A stretch of DNA of 58,236 bases, the filler included, from Sphacelaria rigidula (lineage: Eukaryota), in the NCBI GenBank assembly GCA_964200075.2. It is 8 parts of 8 records of this genome, joined end to end, with 100 filler letters (N's around TTAATTAATTAA, not from the genome) between each part and the next. Parts side by side here need not be neighbours in the genome. Positions count along the whole stretch, not along the records: positions 36,462 to 43,653 come from CAXNAA020016036.1; positions 43,754 to 50,945 come from CAXNAA020016037.1; 6 more parts are not named here. One strand, given 5' to 3'. The translations under genes and the position numbers were made by a program. How positions within the stretch are numbered: the stretch's first letter is position 1; each line of letters begins with the position of its first letter. The notes beneath the pieces are model-generated. The model was not told the origin of the DNA. It ran no database searches and saw only the letters and a list, made by a program, of their open reading frames with translations. Below, one piece after another: positions 37,195 through 50,284 of the stretch.

Positions 37195-37340
37195 CCTTAC
37201 TGGGTTCACGAAGCGGAAGCGCTGTTCTCCTGTACAGCTTGCAGGTCGCATACCAGGGGAAAGATGGGTTGATCTTGAGACCGCGGACTTGTGTCGGAAA
37301 AAGGAGGAGTTTGAAGTGCGACGGAAAAAGAAAAAAAAGT
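37195..37340 (+). repeat. SINE family 1-related 3' part (another piece at ~37870-37950)
   Basis: GATGGGTTGATCTTGAGACC…TTTGAAGTGCGAC plus an A-rich tail resembles 14985-15060. Confidence 0.6.
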
Positions 37341-40300
37341 TGTCGGAGTGCGTTAGGACGTGTCTCTGGTCGCTTCTGACGTCGAAAAAAAGGAAGACTC
37401 CGCAGTAATACCTTTTTGGTGCTTCAAATAGGCGGATTCCAAAACGTAACGGCCGATTTTGATCACCGAAATTCCCCCAAGACTGTATTTTCGTATTGGA
37501 CTCCAACATATCAGTTATCGGACTCGGATTTGTATGGCAATCCTTTTTCTTGTAAATCTCCCATTTCCTCGGGGACGGTTCCAGACGTGACCGGTCTCCG
37601 ATGTGTAAGCAACATATTTCTGGACTTGACCGGTCTCTGAGTAAATGAGCGATCTCCAAGAATAAGGCCAGATCGTATTGATTTACTGCGCCCACCGCGA
37701 AAACGCGCAGGTATGCTGGAACAGTCTCAACCGAGGTGTCGAGTCCACGAGGGAGATGTGAACCCGTCCGTTGCAACTTATGATGCCAATCTTTGATGAT
37801 GCCAACGTTTTCCATCTTCGAGTGTTTTTTCCAGCCGTTTGAAGCGTGAAAACGTGGGGAGTAGACGAGAAGAATATTGACTTGAGTTATTTTGACGAGA
37901 GTTGACGTGGAGCGGGAATGCTGAGTCAGTCCGCGAGACCAAAATGTAGGGAGGTTGGAAGCGGGGAGGGAGATGATTGGTCGAGCCCTGGAGACCGTCA
38001 GACGACGGGCAGGGAAGGATTTGGGAGTGTTGAGGAGAAACATGAAAACGGATGAAAGTGATCGTGACCCTCTTCACCTTCGATCCCGACCGAACTATTC
38101 GGGAAATCTGCCAGACTTCGACCCCATGCGCCATTTTTTTACATGGGAAAATTGACTTCCAGAAAGGAGGGGAGCGTTTTAGAGTGTGTGCAACGGGGCG
38201 GGTGTGACAAACCATGAGGAAAGTTCGAGCTTGTACCGAGTAGATGCGGTGCATGCTCAATTCAGGGGATGATGAGTGGTGACGTACATTGGAGCCAGGT
38301 AATGACCTGATGAGAATCCAAGCCACCTGATGACCTGCGCGGGTGCTAGCCATATAGTAAAGGTGATGGAATGGGATTGGGCCACGGTGGTACGGTCTAT
38401 GCAGGGTACTCTGAATGAGTTTTTCGGTCCAACATCAGCGCCAGCAAATGCAATACCAGGATTGAGGAATGCCATACCTCGACCGTCACGGAAATGGATC
38501 ACGGTACATCGGAAACAGGTGTTCAATATAGGCACACTTCGTGTAGCGCACTTGGGCTTGATTCCTTATTGAAAGTGACGTGCACCCGTTTGGTGTTTCC
38601 TGTAGTACGAAGTTGCGGGGCACTTCCATTGCCTTCCATCTTTTCAAGTCATCGACGTGTGTGTGTGTTGGTCTGATGGAGATGGGCACCGCCCTCCACC
38701 AAAAAAAAAAAAACACGCCGTTACCGAGTGGAAGGCGGTATTTTCGGAATAAAAAAACAGTCGATCGTTTTTTTCAGCCGATTTAACCGGTTCACACAGA
38801 CACTTGTTTCACCAGGTGAGCAGAGGAAAACGTGTCGAAATCAATGAAGCGTCGGTAACTTGGGCGCCGTGTGTCGTGTATGGTGAGTGGTTGATACGCT
38901 CGAGCATATCCGTGTCTCTAACGGTTTCAATCTCTCACCCCCGCACCCATGCAACATATGTCAAATGTACAGCACAGTAGGAGGTAACACCAGTTTCAGT
39001 GCTTGATAGGAAATGGAGTTGGTGATAACTAGAACAGGTGCTGAAATTCGAAAGAGGCTCGAACAAATCGACGAGTATTTGACCCGTGAGACTACACAAG
39101 CCCATGCGAAGAATCTCCGGCGCGAGGTACAGTGTGCACACCGCGACCACCCCTGCACCGCAATGCCCAATATTCGAGGGAGGAATAGGGGTAATGATGC
39201 TTTTCATCAACTTTGCATGTAAAACGTGCACCGCTTCTGTGTCCCAAAACAACAGAGCAGCCGACAACGACAAACCCACACTACACGCTACAGACCAACA
39301 TGATGACAGTAATGTGCGTGAGGAAGCTTAACCAGATTTTCAGAGTAGACGAAAATTCACGCACACTTTGCCTAAGAAGTGCCCAGTCTTACATCACTCT
39401 GTATGACATGAACACCAGTACTTGACTCCTCTTTGCGAAAGATCACGCTGGAAGAAGTCGAATAAACTGTGCCTGGACTCGATTGAACCGGATAAACCGG
39501 TTTAACCCCCGTATCGTCTCATTTTCTGGTCAAGCGGGTCCACCGCTGGGAAAATATCTGTTTGCATTGTATCTATCCATGTATCCACAGTATGTATTCT
39601 TGTGTCCAACTATTCATCCATCTATCCCTCTATCTACAGGACTGAAACTCTTGACTTGTCAACGATGTCCACCTCTGAGTGCGTTCACACGACATATCTG
39701 GTCGTTTTCGGACACACTTACAATCTTCCGCCAAAAAGACGAGAAAACAAGTCGACGGCCAAGATTCCAGCATACAAGAATTATAGGCACCTCATGTATC
39801 TTCCGACGGTTCGACAGGGTCCAGTGCTGTATTTTCAGTACAAATCGAGGGTTGTTTATCTTGCAGATTTCTCCGCCGCGTCTGTTTGAACCAGCCTGAA
39901 ACTTGGTACAGTGGTAAACCACAACACAGACAGCATATTCCCGGAGCGGCGGCACGTTTGACGTGACGCTAGTTGAACGGAGCAAAATACGGATTTTGGG
40001 CGATACGCCCTCGAAACGCAGTTTCCTCAGCCAAGACTGCGTGAGACACTAGTGGATGCATATGTTGACACGCAAAAATGCTCACGTCCTGCTGGGTGGC
40101 TCCTGGCCCGGCGAACGAACACAAGGGGCCTTGGGCCGGATGAATGGCAACAGATCTTCGGCCCCGAATTTTCAAAATTTGTGTGACACCCATGTTATGA
40201 GTGCAGATTTATCGAAATTTTGGATGAAGAAATCCGTGGCCAAGATTCAGGGCCCGAGTCCCACAGAATTTTGGGCAAACTGGCGAGGGTCGGCAAGCAC

Positions 40301-41074
40301 AAATTTTTGAAGACGGATTCTTGCGTTTTGGCCGGCAGACCGTCATGATGGGGTCACGCCGCGTTTTTCTTGGATGTGCCGGCGTGCTGGCTGCACCTTT
40401 GTGAGTGATCCTGTCGTCAACAACCAATAACACAGAAATTAAACCACACTTGGCAGCCGACACGCCAGGAAGCCCGCTTCGCGCGTACGAGACAAGAACA
40501 ACACGCCTTGCTCGTCGGTCTCCTGGCAAAACCATTGCAAAGACGTCGAGAGAGTAGACATGTGATGCGCACTGTCGCCGTCTGGCGAGTAGTTCTGCGA
40601 TCCTTCGATAAAGGATTCAACTTTGGCAAGAACGAGGGGGTCATGGTCGCTTACTTATGTGCTCGAAAGAACTGGCACTGGTGTTCGTGGGGTGGTGATG
40701 ACCTCTCTGCGGCAGTGACGCTACATCACTACAGCACGCCACAGCACATGAGACATCTACGGGACTGTGGACTGTTGAAACACGCCAAACATGAAACTCG
40801 AAACCCCGGTGGAGGTATACAAATCAAAACAGTATGGTGTGGAAATCTGTGTGCTGCCATAACATCGTTCCCGAAACCAAATTTGCTGCGGATTGGTTTC
40901 ACCAGGATTCTTAAATCCGTGGGTCAAAGATCTGTTGCCATAACATTCGGCCTTACAGACTGGAATACGTTTTTCACCGCCCCCGAATCCCAAAAAACCT
41001 CACTCTGGGCGATCGGTGGGGGGGGTACCCCATTTTGGATGGGTAGGTACCCTCCTGGTTAAATGGATTATTAC

Positions 41075-41263
41075 GACGCCGGTCTACACATTTCGGTATA
41101 TATGGGCGTACGAGCCGGGGTCACACGGGAGGAAGGTCAAAACAGGAGTTTTCTCTTTTTCATCTGTTTTAGTTCTCCACCTTCCTGCTGCAGTGCTTCC
41201 CTTACTTTTCTTTCGAATTTATCGATGCAGGGGTTCAGCACTCCCATTCCCTTGTCGACCGTG
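41075..41263 (-). repeat. SINE family 2, 3' part
   Basis: Aligns with 48694-48910 but lacks the 48757-48795 insert. Confidence 0.75.
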
Positions 41264-42489
41264 AGGTCGAATTTAATTCGAACAGACTATGTCAGCACGG
41301 AAAAAGAATACAGAATTGTGACTTGATGGCTACTTTCTTTATCGACACCACCTTGACGAGATTCTCATTAGTCGCTTCTACATGTGTGGCTGTGCAGTAT
41401 GCCGACCTTGAGAGATTGCCCATCGCCAGCTGTTCGGACGCGGGCACTGCCTAAGCGGGCACCAAGTAAAAATCCTTGATTCATTTACAAGTGGTAGACA
41501 CTGAGGGAGTACTGTCAACATTTTTATGCTGGTTAGAATTATACAGAGTAAACCTCTGTGACTCAGCACCACGTACCACTCGTGGTACACTTTCCTCGAT
41601 CGACAAACAGAACGCCTCGGGTTCACGTCTTGAGTACGCAACCCTCTCAAGGATTTTGTCCTTGCTTCAGTAACATATACCCCGATGTTATATCCAGCGA
41701 TCATTTTGACTGGGAGTCATCATCCGACGGCCAAGTTCATTTGTCTGCGGCCGCTAGGGCAACTGGTATGCCCAAACTCCTCGGTGTTGGGCTGCTCTGG
41801 TTAAGGCCAGCATGGTGGTGGTGATCAATATTCCTCATTCTCGACCACCCCTGAGGGGGGGGGAGGGGGCAGGTATAGACCGTTTTTCAGTCTGACAGGC
41901 TTCTTGACGAACACATCGATCCGCATTGCGCACCCCTGGATGATGTCATTCTACTCGGTACCTATTTTGGTATTGCCTGTGGAGGTGCTCACTCAAAAAA
42001 ACACGGCCGTGCAGCGACCCCATCTTGCTGGATCTGGGGTTGCGCGGAGGGTACGTGCGTATTGGGGCAAAAATGTGTCGAATCCTGTTCCGACTTTGTT
42101 CCTTTTGTTTTGGCGTAAGACTGATTATTTCCCACTGTGTCTGACTGGAAGTTCTGTCCGAGAAAGATGAAATGAAGAAAAAATGAAAACATTCACAACC
42201 AAATCATTTCCTCGAAAATCCGAGGAGGGATGCATGCGATTCTCAAGCCGGATCACACATGTTCGAGGAAGAATGTGGCCGAACATATGTCGCCAGTCAC
42301 ACGACGGTTTGGGAGTATGGAGTTCTGAGAATGGTCCACGTGGTACACACATGCAGTCCAATAAAAAGCGCACAGCGATTTGGTCGACCATGGTCGACCA
42401 CCTTAACTGCATGGCAATCGTGAGGAACCAGATGGCCAACGATGATGTAGATGAGGAATAATCCAAGAGTAGGGCCCCTACTAAAGCGG

Positions 42490-42677
42490 TTCGGAAAACG
42501 CTTTTATGTCATTTGAGAGAGCAAATATCTCAGGATCAGAGTCCGGGAAACAAAAAACACACGTCATGAGAAAAAAGTGAAGGGGATCCCACATTCGACA
42601 GAGGGGGAAATATTTTTTCGCTACACTCTGATCCTGAGATATTTTGACTTTGAAATGACGAGAAAACGTTTTCCGAA
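42490..42677. mobile_element. Degenerate MITE / foldback
   Basis: TTCGGAAAACG…AAATATCTCAGGATCAGAGT pairs with ACTCTGATCCTGAGATATTT…CGTTTTCCGAA. Confidence 0.7.
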
Positions 42678-43522
42678 ACTCTCTTCCAACAGGTGTGCTT
42701 TACCCCCCGGAACTCTCACGTTCCACAGAAATGACCTCTCAGCAACACGCGGAAGCAGATTCCTTCACCACGTCAGTTCATTGATCAACTCGAGACAAAC
42801 ACCGAAAATATGGCGTTATTTTGGCTAACTTGTCATCGAGAGGAATTGACAACATCTGTACATTTGAGGGGAGATGAAAGGAGAAGCCCTGAATCAAAGT
42901 ACTCAATCAAGGAGAGCATAAACAGATCCCTTTTTTCGACGACGAACAGCCGACGCCTTCGGAACAGGCTCCTACCCTCGGGATGCTGAGTGTAAGTGCC
43001 TGATGGCTGTGCCATGACGAGGAGCAGGTAGGCGGTGAAGAATCTTCCCGGGTACAGTACAATGTCGTACCGTGGTACCCTAGGGCAATACGAGCTGGGC
43101 CGGCAGTAAATCCCACATTATCTGTCCGCCCCACAACTTCTTAAGTCAAATCAGCGTGACTTGAGCATATCGCTGTGAACTGACCTGCAGACTAACCTGG
43201 TAACACACGGCACCGCCGCTGCTTGTTTGACGCAGTTTTGGCGATGGTGTAATTGTACTGCATCGAGTACCGGGTACGTCTCTTGCCGTTGCTCTTCAAC
43301 GTGTCTGAAGACGTTTCGTTTCACAAAATGCGGTGGAATTACGATAGACCGTTGCGTCGCATAGGCACACGCACAGCCGACATGTCCAGGCAAAAGCACA
43401 CTGGTGGTGTTGCAAGATGGAACCAAGCTCGTCATGAGCTCCATAATGGGGAGAGAACCTCCGAGCCAAATGTCGTATATCACCGCACGAGATACAAGTA
43501 CCGCTGGAAACTGCGCTATACC

Positions 43523-43523
<1 letters not shown>

Positions 43524-43583
<60 letters not shown>
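43524..43583. repeat. Poly-C homopolymer (60 nt)
   Basis: Directly visible; near the contig end. Confidence 0.9.
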
Positions 43584-43585
<2 letters not shown>

Positions 43586-43753
43586 CAACCAACCCCACCA
43601 CACCCCCCACCGAGCCCCCAAACCGCGCCAGCACAAAGGCGCGTACTAATCTCNNNNNNNNNNNNNNNNNNNNNNNNNNNNNNNNNNNNNNNNNNNNTTA
43701 ATTAATTAANNNNNNNNNNNNNNNNNNNNNNNNNNNNNNNNNNNNNNNNNNNN

Positions 43754-44012
43754 ATTCAAACACTAAATAGTACGATCATCCTCATTGTGCGGAGTTGAGG
43801 TTCTCTCACGCCGCACAACATGATCTAGCTCGACCACCATCGTGGTTACCACGAAAAAACGCAAGCGCGCACAAAAATCGGTAAGCTGGTTGCCTAGCTT
43901 CCGTAGTGAGTGGCGTGTTTCATAGCGTCATCGCCAACCGACGCCAACCCCATCGGGGGTCTGTCCCTACAAAGCCGGGACGGAGTACGCCGGGTTCTCA
44001 CCGGGCCAGGCT
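43754..44012 (-). mobile_element. Repeat A, 5' half with intact 5' end
   Basis: Overlaps 4200-4391 in sequence and ends …CCAGGCT, followed by TTCGGGGGGGAGGGGGGG. Confidence 0.85.
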
Positions 44013-44485
44013 TTCGGGGGGGAGGGGGGGTGACGACTGTTTCGTACGATTCGATCGCTTGGTGTAAATCACGAAAAACCTCCCGTTCCGAAAAAATATA
44101 TATGTTCCTGCTCTCACGAACATGTTACACGGCGTGATGATTTGCAGGGTAATTACGGCACTCGTCGACAAATTCATATTGCTCGCCCCGTGTTTACTTC
44201 TCTTTTTTGTGTCGCCGAGATACGACCAACCCATTTTCTTAGGTCGAGGCGCGACCGGCCCATTTATTTGGTGGGTTGGCCGTATTTCGGCGACAATACT
44301 AGAGAAAAAAAAAGCAGAAAAATACAATGAGTGGGAGGGATCGGTTGGAATGCATTTGGGAGTACCGTGTAAATCACGCGTGAAAAATATCCAGGTCCCA
44401 TCACCGACAGGTTGAGCAATGCTTGGCGATATTCAAGTGGCGAATCCCCGGAGGAGAGTCTCCTCGTAAACGAGGTTGAGCGTTA

Positions 44486-44673
44486 GGGCCTGTCTTAGCA
44501 CATGGGCTTTCGATCGAAAAAGTGCAGTGGAAAACAAAAATCCTGATCTGATAGATCGTAATTTCAACCATCGTCGTCGTTTTGACGATGGTTGAAATCA
44601 TGACCCATCAGATCAGGATTTTTGTTTTCCACCGCACTTTTTCGATCAAAAACTCATGTGCTAAGACTGGTCC
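44486..44673. mobile_element. PIF/Harbinger (Tourist-like) MITE forming an almost loopless hairpin
   Basis: TTA on both sides; termini GGGCCTGTCTTAGCACATG / rc GGACCAGTCTTAGCACATG; ~90-bp arms. Confidence 0.85.
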
Positions 44674-45059
44674 TTACTTGGTATAGCGAGGTTCGACACC
44701 AAAGCAGTGCCTTCCCTGACCTAGAGTCGTGACAAGTCGAAACTTTTCACATGGACGACTTCATGTGCCTATACTCCCGACCTCTCCTAAACTGTTTTGG
44801 ACAGGTTCCCGTCTTTCCGTTCCCGTAAAGGACATGTACTTGCGGAATTACCCTTCATTTATTTTCGGGCTAAAAGGCGTCCGTTTTTTTCTCACAAAGT
44901 AAAGGCGCTTCCGCACGTACATTCCTCTTCGGCGGGGAACGGAAGACGGGAAACTCCGGGAAACAGTTTCAGGGAAGTCGGGGGGCATGGGGTCGTCGTC
45001 CATATGCGCAATCTCAGTCAACTAACTTATTTTGTTATACGACGTATACTATTTATTCA

Positions 45060-45192
45060 CTGGCATACTCACGCTTTCGACGGTGCAAACTAGATACTTG
45101 AAGGAAAAACGAAAAACGACACGCAGCAGAGTTTGAACCCACGTTCTCCCCACCCTCATGGTGAAACCGGACCAATGGACCACCGGGGCGCG
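45060..45192 (-). mobile_element. SINE family 1, 5' part
   Basis: rc reads CGCCCCGGTGGTCCATTGGTCC…GGGTGGGGAGAACGTGGGTTCAAACTC. Confidence 0.75.
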
Positions 45193-46435
45193 GTGACTCG
45201 TACAGTCAGAATAAACATGAACCAGAGTGATGCCATGGTAGGAGTGCGCGGATATTTTCTGAGGTTAGAATTGTCAGGAGCCCTTTATCTCAATCAAGAC
45301 CCAACTTCTGAAATATGTGAGAGTACGCCAGGATTACTATTCCGATGTGCCAGGGATATCCCGAATGGATTATCAAACGAGGATGCCCTGGCCCACCATA
45401 TTCTTTTGCATCTAGAATCCTCAGGAGCCCCTGAACCAGACAAGATTTTGCGCAAAAAGTGCACCCCTACCATAGATCTGGTCAGATTATAACATAAAAA
45501 ATAGTAACCGAACATGCAACGGCAATCGGTTATGCTTTTTTCTGTCTCTCGGGTTTTTTGTAACGAGCATTTCCGCTTTGTTTCATCACCTTAGGTAGGT
45601 TTTATCTTGAAACCATGGCTATTATAGATATTTTGAATATGCAGCAATAAATCAGTCAGCCAGTCAGTTAAGGGATACTGTATCTAAAAATAAAAAACAA
45701 AACAATAAAACAGACTGGCTTGTGACCGCAGGTACGCGATAGAACGTGCAGGCGAATAGCGGTGATCCTGTCGGGATCTGGGCACACTGCCAGTTCCATA
45801 CAGCCAAATAGTACAACCTGCGCGTTCCCCGCATCACGAGCACCCTGAACTGGAGCACACAGCAATATTCAGTGCTCTATTCTCTACTTATTCCACTCTA
45901 GATCCGTGGTGAGTGGAAGGAGAGGGGCGGTGAGGAAGCTGCTCTTACATAAAGCGAGTGAGAATCCCGGGTTCAATTCTGCTTATTAGGGAGACCAGCA
46001 GAGTTGTCACCTACCGCCTCTATCTGGACTAGACATTCCACGACGCTACACGAGAGCTGTTGTGTTGTGCTCGGAAGTGTTGTTGATGCACATGAACCAC
46101 AGGACTGGCTTGTAAAATAGAAAGAGGGGCTGCAGATCGGACGCCTACAGCTGCAAAAACAAACGATAAATCTCTTTCTTCATCGTGACTTCGGGGACTC
46201 CACGGCGGCACAACAGTAACGGATACTGGGGGACTCACAGGAAATCCTGGGGGGGATATATACCCACATACTCAACAGCGTACAGGCAGGTCGATACTGA
46301 ACACCAACTGTCAGTACAGCACAACACGGCGGTTATACTACAGGTGGAGCAGCTGTCTGTGCTGGAGTCGTTACACAGGAATAGGTATTTGTCGGAACAG
46401 TACCAACGCCATCAGAAACAATCATAATCCTCAAC

Positions 46436-46567
46436 ATGTCATCTCCTGCGTCGACAGCGGCTGTGCCTGGGGTAGGGACACCCTCGCAAGCGTCGATCAC
46501 AACACCCACGAGGCGGACTTCAATGGCTTCGTCTGCTGCGTCCACCCCTGGGTCTCCTGATCTTGAG
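46436..46567 (+). CDS. Candidate first exon, S/T/P-rich (unknown protein)
   Basis: caacATG start context; MSSPASTAAVPGVGTPSQASITTPTRRTSMASSAASTPGSPDLE followed by a GAG|gtgcga donor. Confidence 0.45.
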
Positions 46568-47190
46568 GTGCGATGGACGGGGAAATCGAGGGTCTTTCGT
46601 CTTGATCATGTTGACTTTGTCGGGTCGGTTGTTGGTTGGTGTTGAACTGAACTACTGTCTGTGTATGTCGGTTCCATCTTCCATGTGCTTTGTACGATTT
46701 ACATGACCGCGACTATTGTACAGTCAGTGTTGAAGACGATACATCGTAGTGCACACACACACATAGTCAGTGCGACAGTAGTAACGCACCTTTGTACGAG
46801 TTCTCCTCGCAAAGTTGAGTCAACATCAAGTTGGGGTCGGGCAGTCAGTCGTCGTGTTCCTAATTTTATCATGATCATATATCCACATGTTGTGAACATC
46901 CTACCTCAGTTTTATCCTCCCGAGAATGTCTTGTCTTATCTACATGCAGGTATGCATGCACACCGGATTTATCTTGCTTGTGATGTGCAGTGAATGATAC
47001 ATGATGGCAAGAAAGTATAGACACGAGAAGCCCGGACTGAAACCCTGGTGACAGGGGTGACAGCAGCACATACAGTACAGGGAGACAGGTCGGTCGCGTG
47101 ACACTGTCATTATTATACTACTATCCGGCTACTCTCGGAAAACCGTTCCGAAAACGGCCATCCCGACCACTTCAAGAATCGTGCGTTTAA

Positions 47191-48208
47191 CCCTTTTGGG
47201 ACCAGGCCTCCAGAACGACCAATGAGGCTGGTCAGGAATGACGTGTCTGGCGTCTGCACGAAACAGTGCCGTGTAGCTGAAAATCCGCGTATTTAATAAG
47301 CGCAGGGGTATGACGAAGACCGAAAGTTTCATCTAGTCTAATTTCAGGTGCACATGTGCAATGGTGTACATCTGTTGTAGCAAGCAGTATGGGCCGCGGT
47401 ATAGAGCTTCCAACAGGATGTGGCGACCGGCGGGCCGCCCGCCACCTGTGGCTTTGGATAATACTTTTGTCCCCATCACCTGGCCACACAGTCCTTTGTG
47501 GTCGGGGTGAGCCGCTATTTCCCCCTCTGTTGCATGCGGCAAATTCTCTTCGAACGGTATCGACAGTATAGTACAGTACAGTAAAGTGTAGTACGCCTCT
47601 CGGACTAAAGTAGCAGCTGCCACTGCATACTCGCTTGCACGTTCTGGGCAATTCTCAGCTACCGATATCAGCTGCCTACGTAACGCTTCTTCATCCCCCA
47701 CCCACTACATACATATTATGTGCACCCTGCAAGTCATCGGCAGAGGGATACACACAACTCATGACAGTAGATCCTTTTGTCTTTCCACAGCCCACCTGGT
47801 TTTAGGGCGTGGTGAAAATGACCACATGGTAGCATGTACACTCCTTCCCGGCTTTTCCGGTCGACTCTGTGTTAGTGTAAATGACTACGTTTTAGTAGGG
47901 AATTGAGACCCAAAAAACACCCCGGAAAACTCGGGAACGATATACTGAGTGCAAGTCATATCATATAACCAAGCTTCGACCGCCCTGCGCTTGGAAACCT
48001 GCGAAGGCTCATCTGGCCCAGGGATGGGGTCCCCACACGATCTTTACAGTTTCATGATACTCGCCAACAACCCCAGCACTGGTCGTTCGGGTCTAGTCGA
48101 TAAATCTCGCCTCGCCGTGATTGAGCAGGTCGCTCGAAGACTTGTTTTTTTATTATTTCACTGACACAGGGTCAACCCTGTGTTAGTGGGGGGTCGGTCC
48201 CAAAAGGG
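47191..48208 (-). mobile_element. Internally deleted piggyBac element (1018 bp)
   Basis: TTAA TSDs and perfect 13-bp TIRs CCCTTTTGGGACC. Frameshifted minus-strand peptides (LWKDKR; AHNMYVVG..DEEALRRQ) weakly echo piggyBac WxDKK and YNxxMGGVDxxDQ. Confidence 0.85.
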
Positions 48209-48664
48209 TTAAGGTGTTCTCGGTTCCTGCCGTTCCCCGCCGTCGCTACGCGTATGGTTAAAGTGTCGCCCAGCATTTTTTTTGTGATCTCTGTTGATGC
48301 GATGAAGAACACTGCTGGGTATACCCCACTTGTTGAACAGTTCAAACGAGAGCACATTCACCCTATGCGATGCGGTAACTATGGTCCCCCGGACTATGAC
48401 AAGTCACACTATAAGACATCATATTATATTGTAAAAAAATGTGCTGCGTACAGTATGCAATATATCGTCTGCTGCAATAGGCGCAATAGCCGATACTGTA
48501 CATATTACACTTTTCGGCAGTGTAGTCTCTACTGCCCAGGTATGTACGACTCATTGAGGCGCCGCAGATTCATCACCCAATGATTTTTTGGGGGTGATAT
48601 GCACCGTATACGGGGAGAGTTCTAGAACAGTTCAGCTCGGTATTACCGTATTACCGCACTACAC

Positions 48665-49050
48665 CCATCTGTGTTGTCGTCCCATCTTTTCTGGACGCCG
48701 GTCTACACCTTTCGGTATATGTGGGCGCACCAGCCGAGGTCACACAGGAGGAAGGGTAACTGATTGATTGATTGATTGATTGATTGTCGCACTTTCAACA
48801 CAGGAGTTTTTTCGTTTCTTTTTTGCAGTTCTCTACCTTCCTTCTCCGATGTTTGCCTTTATTGTTTTGATCGCGAGAGGATTCCAGCAGTCCCTTTTCC
48901 TCGTCGACTATCTTGTGTGCCCACGACACAGTCGCTCTCCACTGTTGGGCATTCATTTTGTGAGAAAAAATCCCAGATCGCTCCGAGATTCGAACCCATG
49001 ACTCAACCGTCAGAAGGTTTCGAGGTTGCCAACTGGGCCACCGGGGCGAC
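48665..49050 (-). mobile_element. tRNA-derived SINE family 2
   Basis: Head GCCCCGGTGGCCCAGTTGG (A box)…GGTTCGAATCTC (B box); body shared with 41075-41263. Confidence 0.8.
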
Positions 49051-49135
49051 CGGCTACACTATGCCGTAATGATTATTTGTGGGTGTGCGGGTTTGGTGTG
49101 TGTGGGTGTGTTGTCGTTATTGTGGTTTTTCTTGA

Positions 49136-49228
49136 TCCTTTGACCGCGAGGCTATAGGTCACCTGCTGAATCGACATAGAAAAAAGTATCAGTCATTCAG
49201 ATGGACTACCCGCATCGCGGTCTAAGGG
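49136..49228 (-). mobile_element. Miniature piggyBac-type MITE, copy 2
   Basis: The reverse complement aligns with 23317-23420; flanks are TTGA / TTAA. Confidence 0.75.
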
Positions 49229-50284
49229 TTAAGAAGGGGAAGATAATGCCTAGGAACCCCGTACAATGGTATAAACTGTAGTGGTATAGTAAACAATGTT
49301 TTCGTGAGATTGAGCGTAGAGGATACGATTGAGAGTGAAAAGCGGTCAATAAGTCAATAAATCGTTTCAGTTCCGAAAGGCCCCTCCACGAGGCCCGCTA
49401 TGCTTTCTGTAGTGGCTTGCCACTGAGGCCCCTGATATCCCTGAGTAGGATATCGACGTGTTGCTGTAAGCACACGCTAGTGATGGAGCCAAAGAAAAGC
49501 ACACACAGAATGAAAAATTTGGCGAGGTGTAGGAAGCGAATTACCAAAGCCACATTTTTTTTTTTTTCCTGCTTTGCTTGTATCGCGTTTTGTGAGTTTT
49601 GAATCTGGGTCTATTTTTTTGCTTTTGTTTTGTTTTTTGCGAGCCTGTGACCACGGAAGGCGTCCGCATCAGATGCCCAGTACCAATGCACCGCGCAGAT
49701 ATCGGAACGGTTTTTAATGTGAAGGCAACAACAACAACAACAACCCTCAATCAGCGCTCTACTCTCCATCTCACGAAAACGTTGTCGGTGGTGCATTTAC
49801 GGTTACATAATATATTATTTGATATGTACGAAGCGCATTTCCGCCTCGCCCCGGTGGGCTAACGATACAAGTTGGACCATTTCAGGTGGGTTTTCCTCGA
49901 AAACAATTACGCCGTACAGTACAGTCAGTATGAACATCGTTTTTCTCAAAATCTTTCTTGAAAAAAGTGTGCCCCCACAACGGTGAGTTTGAGTATAATG
50001 AGGGCCCTCCTTATCTTCTTCAAATTATCGAGAAGAGGTTTTTGTCAGGGTTGCATATCGGACCTAGAATGAAGTTCGATACGAGCTGGGCCAGCCTCAA
50101 AACGAATTCAAGCTCTCAAACGAACATCTCATCGACACAAATGAGTTGGGCCGTATTAATCGTCTAACCAAGGGGGAGGTGCCCACCTGCTTAAAAATCT
50201 AGGCCAATATTTTCTCGTTGATCAAACCCCATATCTACAGGCTGGGGCGCCCAAGAAGCCACCAGGAATGTTGAAACGCATTTC

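Noticed and set aside
37174..38353. 289-aa and 191-aa minus-strand ORFs
   Set aside because: They overlap SINE fragments and have no recognisable domain; a VIRWLG RT-like word nearby is too weak.
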